64,000 bases of DNA from Candidatus Poribacteria bacterium (GCA_022821965.1 JAJECN010000035.1:7470-71469), one strand, 5' to 3'; counted from the first letter of the stretch, positions 9,336-19,837 are shown. Numbers and translations: made by a program. The notes: generated by a model from the letters alone, not told the origin.

Positions 9336-11227
9336 AAATTCTGAACTTATTATTGATAATTTTACCGTTGATTTCTGGACTCTGTTTATCAAATGCTTTT
9401 GCGCAGGCGAATGCTCTGTGGGGGTTGCCACTCGGTGCCACAAATCGCATCGGAAAAGGCAGGGTCAATGAGATAAAGTATTTTCCGGACGGCACGAAGC
9501 TCGCCGTTGCAAGCACTATAGGCATCTGGATCTATGACGTGCAGACCGGTGAACCGCTCGACCTGCTCACGGGACATACGGGGCCTGTCAATTCGATAGC
9601 ATTTAGTCCTGATGGCACAATGTTTGCGACCGCCAGTGATGATAACACGGCTTGGTTGTGGGATACCAACACAAGTGAACACAAAGTAAGTGTCGTAGGG
9701 CATACGGATGATGTCAATGCAGTATCCTTCTCTCCAGAGGGTCAGATCCTTGCCACTGCAAGTGATGACGATACTGTGGGTCTCTGGAATCTCAACACAG
9801 GAGAGTGGAAAGCAAGGCTTGAAGGACACACGCGGCATGTTTATTCGGTAGCGTTTTCTCCGGATGGAGCAGTCCTTGTGAGCAGTGCAGCTTGGGGAGA
9901 TAGCGGCATTCGGTTTTGGGATCCGCGCACTGCAAAATCTCTCAACATCTCCATTGAGAATACGGATTGGGTAGAACACATTGTGTACGCACCCGATGGG
10001 GGTATGCTTGTCAGTGCGGATATCGATCAGACCATCCGTTTTTGGGATATCGGCACCGGCGAACTTTTGAGAGCGTGTAAAACAGATGGTGAAATCAACG
10101 CTGTAGTGTTTGCCCCGGATGGGCGGACACTCGTTAGTGCGAGTAGTGACGCGCTTGTCAGTTTTTGGGATGTTGCCACTGGGGCACTCTTGAAGACACT
10201 TGAGCATGATGCTCCGGTCATCTCTGTGGCGTATTCGCCAGATGGAGAAACAGTCGCCAGTGCAAGTGAAGATGGTAAGATTCATTTTTGGGATATTGCA
10301 ACCAGTAAATCCTTAAAAACCGTTACAGGACACTCGCTCCACGTCTTTTCTCTCGCATATTCCCCGGATGGTAACACGCTTGTGAGTGGGAACATATCTA
10401 AAATCAACTTCTGGAATCTCGAAGCTGGGGAACACCTGAAAACCATCAGAGTTCTGCCAGAACACTTCCGTTCGGAAAACGTCCGTTCGGTAGCTTATTT
10501 CCCCGATGGCATCATACTTGGGAGTGCCAATTCCTCGAAAGCTCGCTTATGGGACGTGGCAACAGGACGGTTTCTCGGAACCTTTTCTGGCCATAGAGAT
10601 CTGATTTCTTCCGTTGCCTTTTCACCTAACGGTAGGATGCTCGCAAGCGGCAGCCACGATAATACAATTCGCTTGTGGGAGATCCGTACTGGTGAACTGT
10701 ACCTCATCGGTGAGTTGTTGCAAATCCTGGCAGGGCACACAGAAGATGTCGCTTTTGTGGCGTTTTCACCGAACAGTAGGATGCTTGCGAGTGGTAGTCA
10801 CGATAACACAATCCGTTTGTGGGATGTCCCTACTGGAGAACTCCTAAAAACGCTTATCGGTCATACAGGAAAGGTCTACACTGTAGCATATTCACCCGAT
10901 GGAAAGACAATAGCGAGTGGGAGTTCGGATGGCACGGTCTGCTTGTGGGACAGCCAAACAGGCGAACTGTTGCAAACGCTCAGAGGACCTACGCGGAATG
11001 TTGCTTCTGTGGCATTCTCACCTGATGGCGGTACACTCGCCTGTGGAAACGATGACACAATTCACCTTTGGGATGTACAGACCAGAGTACTTCTGCACTC
11101 GCTTACGGGACACACAGATTTGGTGGATAGTCTTGTGTTTTCACCTGACGGTAAGCAGCTTGCGAGTGGCAGTCGGGACGGGACGATCCTTTTGTGGAAA
11201 CTCACAAAATTGGTTGCTGATCGTTAA
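9332..11227 (+). CDS. Secreted WD40-repeat protein
   Basis: Signal peptide from ATG 9332 (ATGA overlap with the upstream gene); about 14 WD40 repeats. Confidence 0.92.
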   Translation: MKILNLLLIILPLISGLCLSNAFAQANALWGLPLGATNRIGKGRVNEIKYFPDGTKLAVASTIGIWIYDVQTGEPLDLLTGHTGPVNSIAFSPDGTMFATASDDNTAWLWDTNTSEHKVSVVGHTDDVNAVSFSPEGQILATASDDDTVGLWNLNTGEWKARLEGHTRHVYSVAFSPDGAVLVSSAAWGDSGIRFWDPRTAKSLNISIENTDWVEHIVYAPDGGMLVSADIDQTIRFWDIGTGELLRACKTDGEINAVVFAPDGRTLVSASSDALVSFWDVATGALLKTLEHDAPVISVAYSPDGETVASASEDGKIHFWDIATSKSLKTVTGHSLHVFSLAYSPDGNTLVSGNISKINFWNLEAGEHLKTIRVLPEHFRSENVRSVAYFPDGIILGSANSSKARLWDVATGRFLGTFSGHRDLISSVAFSPNGRMLASGSHDNTIRLWEIRTGELYLIGELLQILAGHTEDVAFVAFSPNSRMLASGSHDNTIRLWDVPTGELLKTLIGHTGKVYTVAYSPDGKTIASGSSDGTVCLWDSQTGELLQTLRGPTRNVASVAFSPDGGTLACGNDDTIHLWDVQTRVLLHSLTGHTDLVDSLVFSPDGKQLASGSRDGTILLWKLTKLVADR

Positions 11228-11587
11228 ATTCATATCACAACCAACAGCCGTTGTTAATTGGGTATGTGAGAACTCTGAATATTCCAATTTACTTTTTTTA
11301 AACTTTTTCCCCAAAAATCCCCTCTTTAAGGTAAAACCACTTATCGCCACTTCTACATCATACTAAGCCCTGGACAATTTTTTATGAATTCGCATTGATA
11401 GATTGGGTTAAAAAGGAATAGCCAAGATATCCTTCTAACTTAATTTTTTCTACACATACGTCCCTCCGCTGGGGCTGTGCTTTACCGCTGAAGTTGATGA
11501 ACCTTAGCCTGATGAAAACTGGCAGATTTTCCAACCTAAAATTAGGGAGTGTTTAGAATTATACGATTCATTAAATCGTAGCAAAAA

Positions 11588-13498
11588 ATGTTTTGGGATG
11601 AAATCAAAAAACACCATGATGCAGGTTCCGCCCATCAATTTCTGCTCCATTTTAATGTAAATGATCTGCTATACGACGATGTTTACAGTTATTTACCTAC
11701 TGTGAACTATCTCATGGAGCAGCTCAATATATTAGGATGCCAATTCGTTCTCGGATATAACACATCGGAAGGAATCCATTTCCCAAAAGTTAATCAATGG
11801 CAAGATACACAGAGAATGCTCAAAATCCTCCCAGCGTACAACAAAACCGGTGTTTTTCATTTCCAGACTATAGCGACATGGCTTCAGACACTTCAATACT
11901 TTAGAGAGGCGGAAGACGTTAACCTCATCGAACAGGAAGTAGATCCGAAGCTTGTACGCCGAAGAATTAATGCCGATTTGGCATTTGACAAAGAACATGA
12001 AGATCCATTCGTGATGTTAGCCCCTGCACCCTCCGAGGAGTTACGGCAGAAGTTAAATAATCTCTTGCATCAAAGGAGAGCAAAAATCGGGTTGGTTATC
12101 AATTTTTTGGAGCAGCTTGCGCCGAATGATCCATCACTGAGCAACAGCACTGGAAATGAAATACAACTCTTGTTCAATCAGATCCAAAATTGGGCATCCG
12201 ATCTGGAAATCCGAAGGAACGGACACATCGTCCTTCTCCTTACTCACAACACGTTTGACATACACCCGAATTTCACCGTGAATCCAGAAATTCCTATGAT
12301 AGAAATTCCATTCCCAGACCATGCCGACCGCCTAAGGTTTATTGAACATCTGCATGACATCTCCGATGGTTCGTCACAGATGCGTAAAACCCTTGGGGAT
12401 AATCGCGAGAGAGAAGCCTTAGCACAAGAAACGGTAGGATTGAACCTCTTCGGTATCCATGATGTTGTGCAACAGGCGGAATCCATACAGCAGAAAGCCG
12501 GTGGTGAACCGTTGTTCAGATACCGGCGTGAGAGTATCAAGACCTTTAGCCACGGTGTTCTTGAACTCGGTGAAACTCAGAGGGGGCCTTCTGACGATGG
12601 TTGGTATGTAACGCGAATCATCAGGGATATTGCAGAGGGCATGAAAAATCGAGATCTGCGCCGTGTACCGCGGGGCATGCTCTTTCTCGGTCCACATGGG
12701 ACCAGCAAGGTATACGCTGCAAGAGTACTCGCTGGTGAGGCGAACATGGCTTTCGTCCGACTCCGCTACGCCAATCAGGTCAGTGAAGTCACAATCAATA
12801 TTAATGAAACCGGAAACACTTATGAACGCAACTTGAATGCGGGCCTCAATTTTATCCGCGGTATTGCTCCCACGGTTGTTTTTATGGATAACATTGAGCA
12901 GGTATCGCCGTATACCACGATGAACCCTGAGGAACATGAGCGAACGTTTCCGCAAGCCCTCGTGAATGCTATGAACGATATGTCGTTGCACGGTAGCGTG
13001 ATATGGGTGGGCGGATCGCAGCGACCGGACTTAATGCCGTCAATTTTTCGACGGTACGGTATTTTCGACACCAAAGTGATCATGCTGCCGCCTACAAGTG
13101 GTGGTAGAGCAGAAATTTTAAGGATACTCTGTCAAGGACAAACATCGGGGAATATCAATTTCCAAGCACTTGTGAGTGGCGCAGAAACAGATGGGTTGAC
13201 TTGGCGAGACCTGCTCTTGATTGTTCAACGCGCAAATAATATCGCGAAACGCAATGGTCGCGATACCTTCACAGAAGACGAACTCCGCCAAGCACTGAGC
13301 GACTTCATACCAGACTATTCACGGGAGCTGCAAATCTTCATAGGACTATTAGCATTACGAGAGGCTAACTCCCGTATAATGGTTCCAGATGGGTTGTTGC
13401 CGGAATATCAAGAATTTGTGGATGGAAACCGAATTGATAAAACAGGCATTAATAAACGTTTGATTGACCTAAGTAAGCAACTCGGCTTGAGCGATTGA
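11588..13498 (+). CDS. AAA+ ATPase-like protein with degenerate catalytic motifs
   Basis: RVPRGMLFLGPHGTSKV (Walker A-like), VVFMDNIE (Walker B-like) and SQRPD...RRYGIFD (SRH-like). Confidence 0.8.
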   Translation: MFWDEIKKHHDAGSAHQFLLHFNVNDLLYDDVYSYLPTVNYLMEQLNILGCQFVLGYNTSEGIHFPKVNQWQDTQRMLKILPAYNKTGVFHFQTIATWLQTLQYFREAEDVNLIEQEVDPKLVRRRINADLAFDKEHEDPFVMLAPAPSEELRQKLNNLLHQRRAKIGLVINFLEQLAPNDPSLSNSTGNEIQLLFNQIQNWASDLEIRRNGHIVLLLTHNTFDIHPNFTVNPEIPMIEIPFPDHADRLRFIEHLHDISDGSSQMRKTLGDNREREALAQETVGLNLFGIHDVVQQAESIQQKAGGEPLFRYRRESIKTFSHGVLELGETQRGPSDDGWYVTRIIRDIAEGMKNRDLRRVPRGMLFLGPHGTSKVYAARVLAGEANMAFVRLRYANQVSEVTININETGNTYERNLNAGLNFIRGIAPTVVFMDNIEQVSPYTTMNPEEHERTFPQALVNAMNDMSLHGSVIWVGGSQRPDLMPSIFRRYGIFDTKVIMLPPTSGGRAEILRILCQGQTSGNINFQALVSGAETDGLTWRDLLLIVQRANNIAKRNGRDTFTEDELRQALSDFIPDYSRELQIFIGLLALREANSRIMVPDGLLPEYQEFVDGNRIDKTGINKRLIDLSKQLGLSD

Positions 13499-13588
13499 TG
13501 TATAGGTCTGAATGTTAAAAACACAAATATCCGTGCGGAATCTTATACCTCGGTTGTCCAAAAACTCAGCAGTGATAGAGAAGCGAAA

Positions 13589-13634
13589 AGGGTGTCCTCC
13601 TTGACACGATACCATATCCAGGAGGACATCCCTC
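13589..13634. terminator. Hairpin between convergent genes
   Basis: GGGTGTCCTCCT...AGGAGGACATCCC inverted repeat. Confidence 0.5.
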
Positions 13635-13652
13635 AACAGATAACAACTTAGA

Positions 13653-14642
13653 TTATTGCAGCCCTGCCGCTCGCAGCACCGTTTCTTGAACTGTGAACTC
13701 ATGATCGAGTGAACGGTCGGGGGATTTCTCACCCCGAATATCAGCGACAAACGCCCGAAGGCTTTCGACGTAACGCGGTCGCGGCTCCACAGATACTGTC
13801 TGCCAACCTTTCGCGTATCCGTCCCGTTCCTCGTCAAGACACAATCGCAACGCTGGCGGTTCGAGCGGCTCAAGAATCGCACTGCCACGTGTCCCGTAGA
13901 CTTCCAATCGCCTTGCTTTGCCCGAATCAACTTCTAACGACGTTGACTCAAGAATCGCCAATGCTTTCGGATATTCAAACACAGCCGCTGTGTTGTTTCG
14001 ATACCACGGCACGTCATGTCCGTCGTGCCTTGAAAAAGGTGTCACCCGTGTCGGTCGTCCCAGCAATGCGACGATAATATCGGTGAGATGGCAGGCGAGG
14101 ATAAACATAATGCCGCCTGAGTGTTCACCGAGTGAATCCCAACGTTGCCAATGTGCTTCACTTGAAATGCTTGACGAGATTCGCCCCCGCACTGAAAAAA
14201 TATCACCGAGTTTGCCGGAGTTTGCCCAATCAAGGATAAATTGAAAACCAGCATTGTATCGGAACATATAACCGAGTTGGACGAGTAGGTTTCTGTCGCG
14301 TGCGATGTCCAAAACCTCTCGAAATTCATCAAGGTTATCACCAGCAGGTTTATCGAACCAAACATGTTTGCCGTGTTCAAGAATCTCCATCGCAAAGGTA
14401 AGATTCTGCGACACACGCCCCTGCGCTGCAACCCCAACGATTGTCTCATCTTCGAGTATTTCTTCTTTGGATTCAAACCAGTGAACACCTTCGTAGGTTG
14501 CGGTTTGACCAAGCGTCTCCCGGACTTCGGGTGATGGCTCAAAGACACCAGCAAATTCAATTTCGTCACTTTCCTTCATCACGCGCGCTTTCCCGCCAGC
14601 GTGGTCGTGAGAAATACCGTATTGTGCAAGCCTCATTTTCAC
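13653..14642 (-). CDS. Gfo/Idh/MocA oxidoreductase
   Basis: GKHVWFDKP and LGYMFRY motifs. Confidence 0.9.
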   Translation of the reverse strand: MKMRLAQYGISHDHAGGKARVMKESDEIEFAGVFEPSPEVRETLGQTATYEGVHWFESKEEILEDETIVGVAAQGRVSQNLTFAMEILEHGKHVWFDKPAGDNLDEFREVLDIARDRNLLVQLGYMFRYNAGFQFILDWANSGKLGDIFSVRGRISSSISSEAHWQRWDSLGEHSGGIMFILACHLTDIIVALLGRPTRVTPFSRHDGHDVPWYRNNTAAVFEYPKALAILESTSLEVDSGKARRLEVYGTRGSAILEPLEPPALRLCLDEERDGYAKGWQTVSVEPRPRYVESLRAFVADIRGEKSPDRSLDHEFTVQETVLRAAGLQ

Positions 14643-14711
14643 GTCTTTTTCTCCTGTTTGAAACCTATGATTGCCAAAAACATCGGGTAAATTCTAACAC
14701 TGGATAGTTTC

Positions 14712-14943
14712 TGTAGGTTGGGTTGAGTGGTAAAGACCAACACCGCTGTGTTTATAGTAGAAATCTCACTTTTCCATGAGTTGTCAATGGACCCAGATAT
14801 AGCGAAACCCAACAAATAAAGCACATCGGAAATAGAAAGTGTTGGATTTCACTTGTCCTTTGATATGTTCAGGTTTCCTACTGAACTTCAAGGTCCCCCT
14901 CGTTATACACTTTTTAGGAGATTGTCGTTCAACCCAACCTACA
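14712..14943. repeat. REPIN/MITE-like element
   Basis: Perfect 15-bp terminal inverted repeat TGTAGGTTGGGTTGA / TCAACCCAACCTACA; inner pair GCGAAACCCAACA / TGTTGGATTTCAC. Confidence 0.8.
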
Positions 14944-15073
14944 AGACTCAAAATCTGTTATCAAACTCACGTTACTTATTTATAGACTTCAGCAATGATT
15001 CTACCATATAGTCCAGATTGGGTCACGTAAAAAGTGAGTGCCATTTTTGCCCATTTGTGCTAAACTCTGGAGT

Positions 15074-15358
15074 ATGGATTTCCCAATTCAACTTCAATTC
15101 TACACGAAACCGGATTGTCCACTCTGTGACGAGGCAAAGGTCGTGCTGCAAAGTATTGGGGCAAAGACATCATTTGTTGTGATAGAGGAAATTGACATCA
15201 CGAAAAATCTGGGGTTATTCACGAAATATAAGCATCTGATTCCTGTGCTTGAGCTGGATGGACAGCAGCTTTTTGTGCATCGCATTGTTCAGAGAAAGTT
15301 GGTATGGCAGTTGCGATGGCATCGGTTTCGGAGGCTTTTGGCGAAGTTTGCAAGCTAA
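15074..15358 (+). CDS. Glutaredoxin-like protein (DUF836 type)
   Basis: YTKPDCPLC and IPVL cis-Pro motifs; ATG 15074 follows GGAG. Confidence 0.85.
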   Translation: MDFPIQLQFYTKPDCPLCDEAKVVLQSIGAKTSFVVIEEIDITKNLGLFTKYKHLIPVLELDGQQLFVHRIVQRKLVWQLRWHRFRRLLAKFAS

Positions 15359-15396
15359 AACTTGCTATGACGTGAGTTCGATAAAAGGTCCCTGCT

Positions 15397-15454
15397 TGTA
15401 GAGCAAACTTTTAGTTTGCGTAGTACATGCTACAAACTAAAAGTTTGTGCTACA
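15397..15454. repeat. REPIN (inverted REP pair)
   Basis: TGTAGAGCAAACTTTTAGTTTG ... CAAACTAAAAGTTTGTGCTACA. Confidence 0.75.
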
Positions 15455-15549
15455 GTTTACGTCCTTGACACGTGAAAATGGAACCTTTAGCACTGACGAA
15501 GTGTTTAAGTCGAACTGACGTTGCTATAGAAAAAAACAAGGAGATACGC

Positions 15550-17169
15550 ATGGCTTTTCCATCTCATGGTACAACACACCGATCCACGGTAACGGGTACG
15601 CGCGGAATGGTGACAAGTGCTCACCCGCTTGCGAGTCTTGCTGGCGCACGCATGTTGCTTGCTGGAGGTAACGCGTTTGATGCAGCGGTCGCAGTGGCTT
15701 CAACACTCAACGTCGTTGAACCGTATATGTCAGGTATTGCTGGCAACGGGTATATGTTACTCTATAGTGCCAAGGAAAAAACACACCGCGTGATAGATTA
15801 TCTGGGCACTGCCCCTTACGCAGCGACGCTGGATGTCTATCCGACACTCGAAAGTCAGCAGGTTGGCATCCGTGCGGGGATGGTCCCTGGTGGATGTGGT
15901 GGGTGGCTGGCACTCTTGGACCGCTACGGGAGCATGGATCGCGCCGACATCTTTGCCCCGGCGATTGAATCTGCCGAAAACGGATACGCCGTTACGGTCA
16001 AAAATGCGGAGTTCATTGCGGGCGCGCGTCCGTATTTTTCGGAAAGAGCCGAAGAGGTTATCGTCTCGCGCGGGAGAACACCACACCCCGGCGAACTTTT
16101 GGTGCAAGAGGATTTGGCAAATACATTCCGACAGGTTGCCGAAGGTGGGGCTGAAGCATTCTATCAAGGCGACATTGCCAAAGAGATTGTGCGTTTTTCC
16201 GAGGAAACTGATGGACTGATTACCGAAAAGGATTTGGCTGATTTTGAGGTGGAATGGCAGGAACCTATCTCTGTTACTTATAAAGATTACGAAGTCTACT
16301 GTCCACCCCCACCGTGTTCAGGTTTTCAGTACTTAGAGACACTGAACATTTTAGAGGACGATGCCCTCGGTGAACTCGGACACAATACTCCGGAATACTT
16401 ACATCTACTGATTGAAGCGATTAAATTAGCGAGTGCGGATAGAGCCGAATACGCTCCGCGTCCCAACCCTCCGATTGAACGCTTGTTGTCTAAAGACTAT
16501 GCGCGAGCACAACGCGAACGCATCGGCGAACAAGCTGCAGTCAGCGGTGGTGAGCGTTGGTCAAAGGACAAACTTCCCGGTGAGATCGTCGCGAGTAACT
16601 GGACAACCGAATGTACAACACACTTTGACACCGCTGATGCAGAAGGCAATATCGTCGCTGTGACACAGAGTCTTGGACAACCCTTCGGCTCAGGCGTAAT
16701 TCTCGGCTCAACAGGGATGTTCCTCAACAATTTCATGAATTGGTTCGATAGAATTCCAGAGAGTCCGAATGCTGTTGGACCGCATAAACGGATAGAGATG
16801 TGCATGTCACCGTGCCAAGTTTGGAAGGATGACAATCCGTTTGCAGCGATTGGCACACCGGGCAGCCACGGTATCCTTCAGACAACGCTGCAGATGGTTT
16901 TGAACTTGATTGAACACGGGATGAACGTTCAGGCAGCGATTGAGGCACCACGTATTAGGTTGGTAAACCCAGGTACGCATGTCAGTATGGAGGGACGTAT
17001 TCCTGCTGCCGTTCGTGCAGCGTTAGAAGCGCGCGGGCATGAGGTAGAGGTGTTGCCCGATTGGACAGCAACTGTCGGCGGAGGGCACGGGATCGCTTTT
17101 GATACCGAAGAAGGAAGTTTCATGGGCGGTGCTGACCCGCGACGTGATGGATACGCGATAGGTGTGTAA
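15550..17169 (+). CDS. ggt: Gamma-glutamyltransferase
   Basis: GGNAFDAAVA, CTTHF (Thr nucleophile), GTPGS and GGADPRRDG motifs; RBS AAGGAG before ATG 15550; no signal peptide. Confidence 0.93.
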   Translation: MAFPSHGTTHRSTVTGTRGMVTSAHPLASLAGARMLLAGGNAFDAAVAVASTLNVVEPYMSGIAGNGYMLLYSAKEKTHRVIDYLGTAPYAATLDVYPTLESQQVGIRAGMVPGGCGGWLALLDRYGSMDRADIFAPAIESAENGYAVTVKNAEFIAGARPYFSERAEEVIVSRGRTPHPGELLVQEDLANTFRQVAEGGAEAFYQGDIAKEIVRFSEETDGLITEKDLADFEVEWQEPISVTYKDYEVYCPPPPCSGFQYLETLNILEDDALGELGHNTPEYLHLLIEAIKLASADRAEYAPRPNPPIERLLSKDYARAQRERIGEQAAVSGGERWSKDKLPGEIVASNWTTECTTHFDTADAEGNIVAVTQSLGQPFGSGVILGSTGMFLNNFMNWFDRIPESPNAVGPHKRIEMCMSPCQVWKDDNPFAAIGTPGSHGILQTTLQMVLNLIEHGMNVQAAIEAPRIRLVNPGTHVSMEGRIPAAVRAALEARGHEVEVLPDWTATVGGGHGIAFDTEEGSFMGGADPRRDGYAIGV

Positions 17170-17214
17170 CCTATAGTCATATTTCTTTTATTTACGGAGT
17201 GTCAATTATCATGG

Positions 17215-17688
17215 ATGTGCCCAAAAGTGGGGGTTTATGTGATTCATCCAAAACACATTGTTTCTGTCTCTGGGTTGATAAGTCATCCTAACAGTAAAAT
17301 TTTGCTTATACGAGGTCCGCGCCGTGGGTGGGAGTTTCCTGGTGGTCAGGTAGAAGAAGGTGAAAACCTTATTGAAGCGTTGCAACGTGAAATTCAAGAA
17401 GAGGCTGGAGTTACCGCTTCAATTGGGTCGCTAATTGGTATTTACTCAAACGTCAAGTCTCCTACTAAATTGCACCTCGCTTTCTTGGGAGATTATACCT
17501 GCGGTGAATTAGGCACAAGCGATGAGAGTATAGAAACTGAGTGGGTTTCACGCCATTCCGTTTTGCAACGTATATCGCATCCGGTTATTTATGACCGAAT
17601 GAAAGATATGCTTGATTTTTCAGGACGTGTCATTTATCGCGTTTACACCACTGATCCATATCGGATTTGTGACCAATATTTTCTATGA
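17215..17688 (+). CDS. NUDIX hydrolase
   Basis: PGGQVEEGENLIEALQREIQEEAG Nudix box. Confidence 0.9.
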   Translation: MCPKVGVYVIHPKHIVSVSGLISHPNSKILLIRGPRRGWEFPGGQVEEGENLIEALQREIQEEAGVTASIGSLIGIYSNVKSPTKLHLAFLGDYTCGELGTSDESIETEWVSRHSVLQRISHPVIYDRMKDMLDFSGRVIYRVYTTDPYRICDQYFL

Positions 17689-17752
17689 GATCAAAACAAT
17701 TACTGAAAAATGCTCAAATTTATATCTATCATATAGTTTTTAGGGAGGAAAT

Positions 17753-18802
17753 GTGAAAAGTTTTAACATTTTGAACAAATATCTTTTTTTTCTATTGGGC
17801 CTATTTGTAATCTGTGGTTGTGGTACGATTCAGGATGTAATTCTTTCTGAACCGTCAAGCGAAACCGATACTGCACCACTTCGCGTAACCATGATATATC
17901 CAAGCGATTGCGTTGGCACCGCGGCTTACTGCACTGCATTCCATATCGGTGTAAGAACTGCTGAGGAAGAACTTGGTATTACACTAACCGAAACAAACGG
18001 TAATGAAAATGATCCTGCAGCAACAGAGATGCTCATAAGAGATGCAGCGCAGAATTCAGAACTTGTCTTGACCGCAGGTTATCAAATGGGAGACGTACTT
18101 GCGCGCGTCGCACCGGAATTCCCTGATGTCAAATTTGCGATATTTGATGTTGTGCTTGATATTCCAAATGTGGCTTCTGTGAACTATAAATCCAACGAAG
18201 GATCGTTTTTGGTCGGGGCAATTGCGGCTTTAAAATCGGAAAGTAACAAGATCGGCTATATCGGAGGTGCAGATGTCCCACTGTTACAAGAATTTGAAGC
18301 AGGTTACGTTGCTGGGATTCACGCAATCAATCCAGACGCGGAAGTCGCTGTGGAATATATTAGCAAGGATGCGACAGGTTTCGGTCAACCTAAAAAAGCA
18401 AAGGAACTGGCTTTAGCACAATATGTAAACGGGATTGATGTAATTTACGTCGCTGCTGGCGGATCCGGTCAAGGGGTCCTTGAAGCAGCACAAGAGCAAC
18501 AAAAGTTCATTATTTGGGTTGACTCCAATGGTAACCACCTTGCCCCAGGAATTGTTTTGACGAGTATGACAAAAGAGATTCCAGCTTCCGTCCAGCGCAT
18601 CATCCAAGAAGCCGCTGAAGACAATTTTATGGCGGGTATCCGATACTTCGGTATAGCAGATGGCGGTGTCAGTTATGCCCTTGATGAACACAACCAACCG
18701 CTGCTTCAGGACGACATCATAACGACTGTTGAATCGCTGAAGGCACAAATCATTGCTGGCGAAATTGTTGTTCCCGACACAGTTTCCCTTCCACGCGAAT
18801 AA
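17753..18802 (+). CDS. BMP-family substrate-binding lipoprotein
   Basis: Lipobox ICGC; EGSFLVGAIAA, KIGYIGG and DVIYVAAGGSG motifs. Confidence 0.9.
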   Translation: MKSFNILNKYLFFLLGLFVICGCGTIQDVILSEPSSETDTAPLRVTMIYPSDCVGTAAYCTAFHIGVRTAEEELGITLTETNGNENDPAATEMLIRDAAQNSELVLTAGYQMGDVLARVAPEFPDVKFAIFDVVLDIPNVASVNYKSNEGSFLVGAIAALKSESNKIGYIGGADVPLLQEFEAGYVAGIHAINPDAEVAVEYISKDATGFGQPKKAKELALAQYVNGIDVIYVAAGGSGQGVLEAAQEQQKFIIWVDSNGNHLAPGIVLTSMTKEIPASVQRIIQEAAEDNFMAGIRYFGIADGGVSYALDEHNQPLLQDDIITTVESLKAQIIAGEIVVPDTVSLPRE

Positions 18803-18859
18803 TCCGTAACAAATCTTGTGTTCCTTCAAAATTGATTTTACGATAGTGTGGTTCAAACC

Positions 18860-19837
18860 TTAATAACTCCGCAGAATCGTCCCCTTTGCACCGACGATCC
18901 AACCGGCGTTTTTGAGGAGATAAATGTCCTGCAAGTTGTGTTGCGCGGGAGTAGGATAACGGTTCCATGTGTTGCCGCTATCGGTTGTGTGAAGGATAAG
19001 TCCTTTTTCGCCGACTGCCCACCCGCGTTTTTCATCACGAAACGCGACATCTCGCAGATTTTGATTCACAGGTGTCCTTTGTCGAGTCCATGTTATTCCG
19101 CTATCCGCGGTATGAAGAATCAATCCGTTTGTCCCGACGATCCAACCGTGCGTTAGATTTGCGAAATGAACAGCGAATAAGGGTTGCTCGACGGTGCTTT
19201 TCTGCCGAACCCATCGTTTTCCGCCGTCTTGGGTGTGGAGCACTTCGCCCTCTTCGCCAACAATCCAACCGTGCTCCGGATCGACAAAATAGACACCCCA
19301 TAGATGTTTATCTGACAAATCCAGTAGGTTTTCCCAACGACTCCCCCCGTTTTCTGTTCGAAGTATAGTCCCTTTTCCGCCGACTGCCCAGCCTTGGGTC
19401 GTATTGACAAAATGCAGATCCAAGATCCCCGGCGGTGTTTTGCTCTTACCGCGTGCTTGGTGTTGCAGACTCCACGAGGCACCACCACTGCCTGTATAAT
19501 GCACCTTACCGATACTGACCGTCCAGCCATTGTTCGGTGTCATAAAATTAACCTGTGTCAGCGTGTCTGCTGAGACCGATGTCGCTTTCCAATTCATTCC
19601 ACCGTCAACAGTGGATAGTACCGTCCCTCCAGTGCCGACTGCCCATCCGCGTTTCGGATCTACAAAATGAACGCCATAAAGATGTTCGCCTGTGTTGCTT
19701 TCGAGTTTTCGCCACTCAAATTGCATTGAATCTTGCGAACAACCAAAGTAGGCAACAATTCCACATAGGATAAAGAACGCGACATAGTTTTTCTTCTGCA
19801 TTTTGGGCCTCTCTGGGTAAATTTTTATTGCATCCAC
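18860..19837 (-). CDS. Ycf48-like (BNR-repeat) beta-propeller lipoprotein
   Basis: Repeated GWAVG...ILHTxDGGxxW; lipobox FGC. The start may be at 19801. Confidence 0.88.
   Translation of the reverse strand: MDAIKIYPERPKMQKKNYVAFFILCGIVAYFGCSQDSMQFEWRKLESNTGEHLYGVHFVDPKRGWAVGTGGTVLSTVDGGMNWKATSVSADTLTQVNFMTPNNGWTVSIGKVHYTGSGGASWSLQHQARGKSKTPPGILDLHFVNTTQGWAVGGKGTILRTENGGSRWENLLDLSDKHLWGVYFVDPEHGWIVGEEGEVLHTQDGGKRWVRQKSTVEQPLFAVHFANLTHGWIVGTNGLILHTADSGITWTRQRTPVNQNLRDVAFRDEKRGWAVGEKGLILHTTDSGNTWNRYPTPAQHNLQDIYLLKNAGWIVGAKGTILRSY

Noticed and set aside
9389-10285. 298-aa antisense ORF, and similar shadow ORFs across the window
   Set aside because: It lies wholly opposite a clear WD40 gene and has no recognisable motifs.
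6459-11227. Diversity-generating retroelement or shufflon behind the WD40 DNA repeats
   Set aside because: There is no reverse transcriptase or recombinase, and the similarity is explained by ordinary repeat homology.
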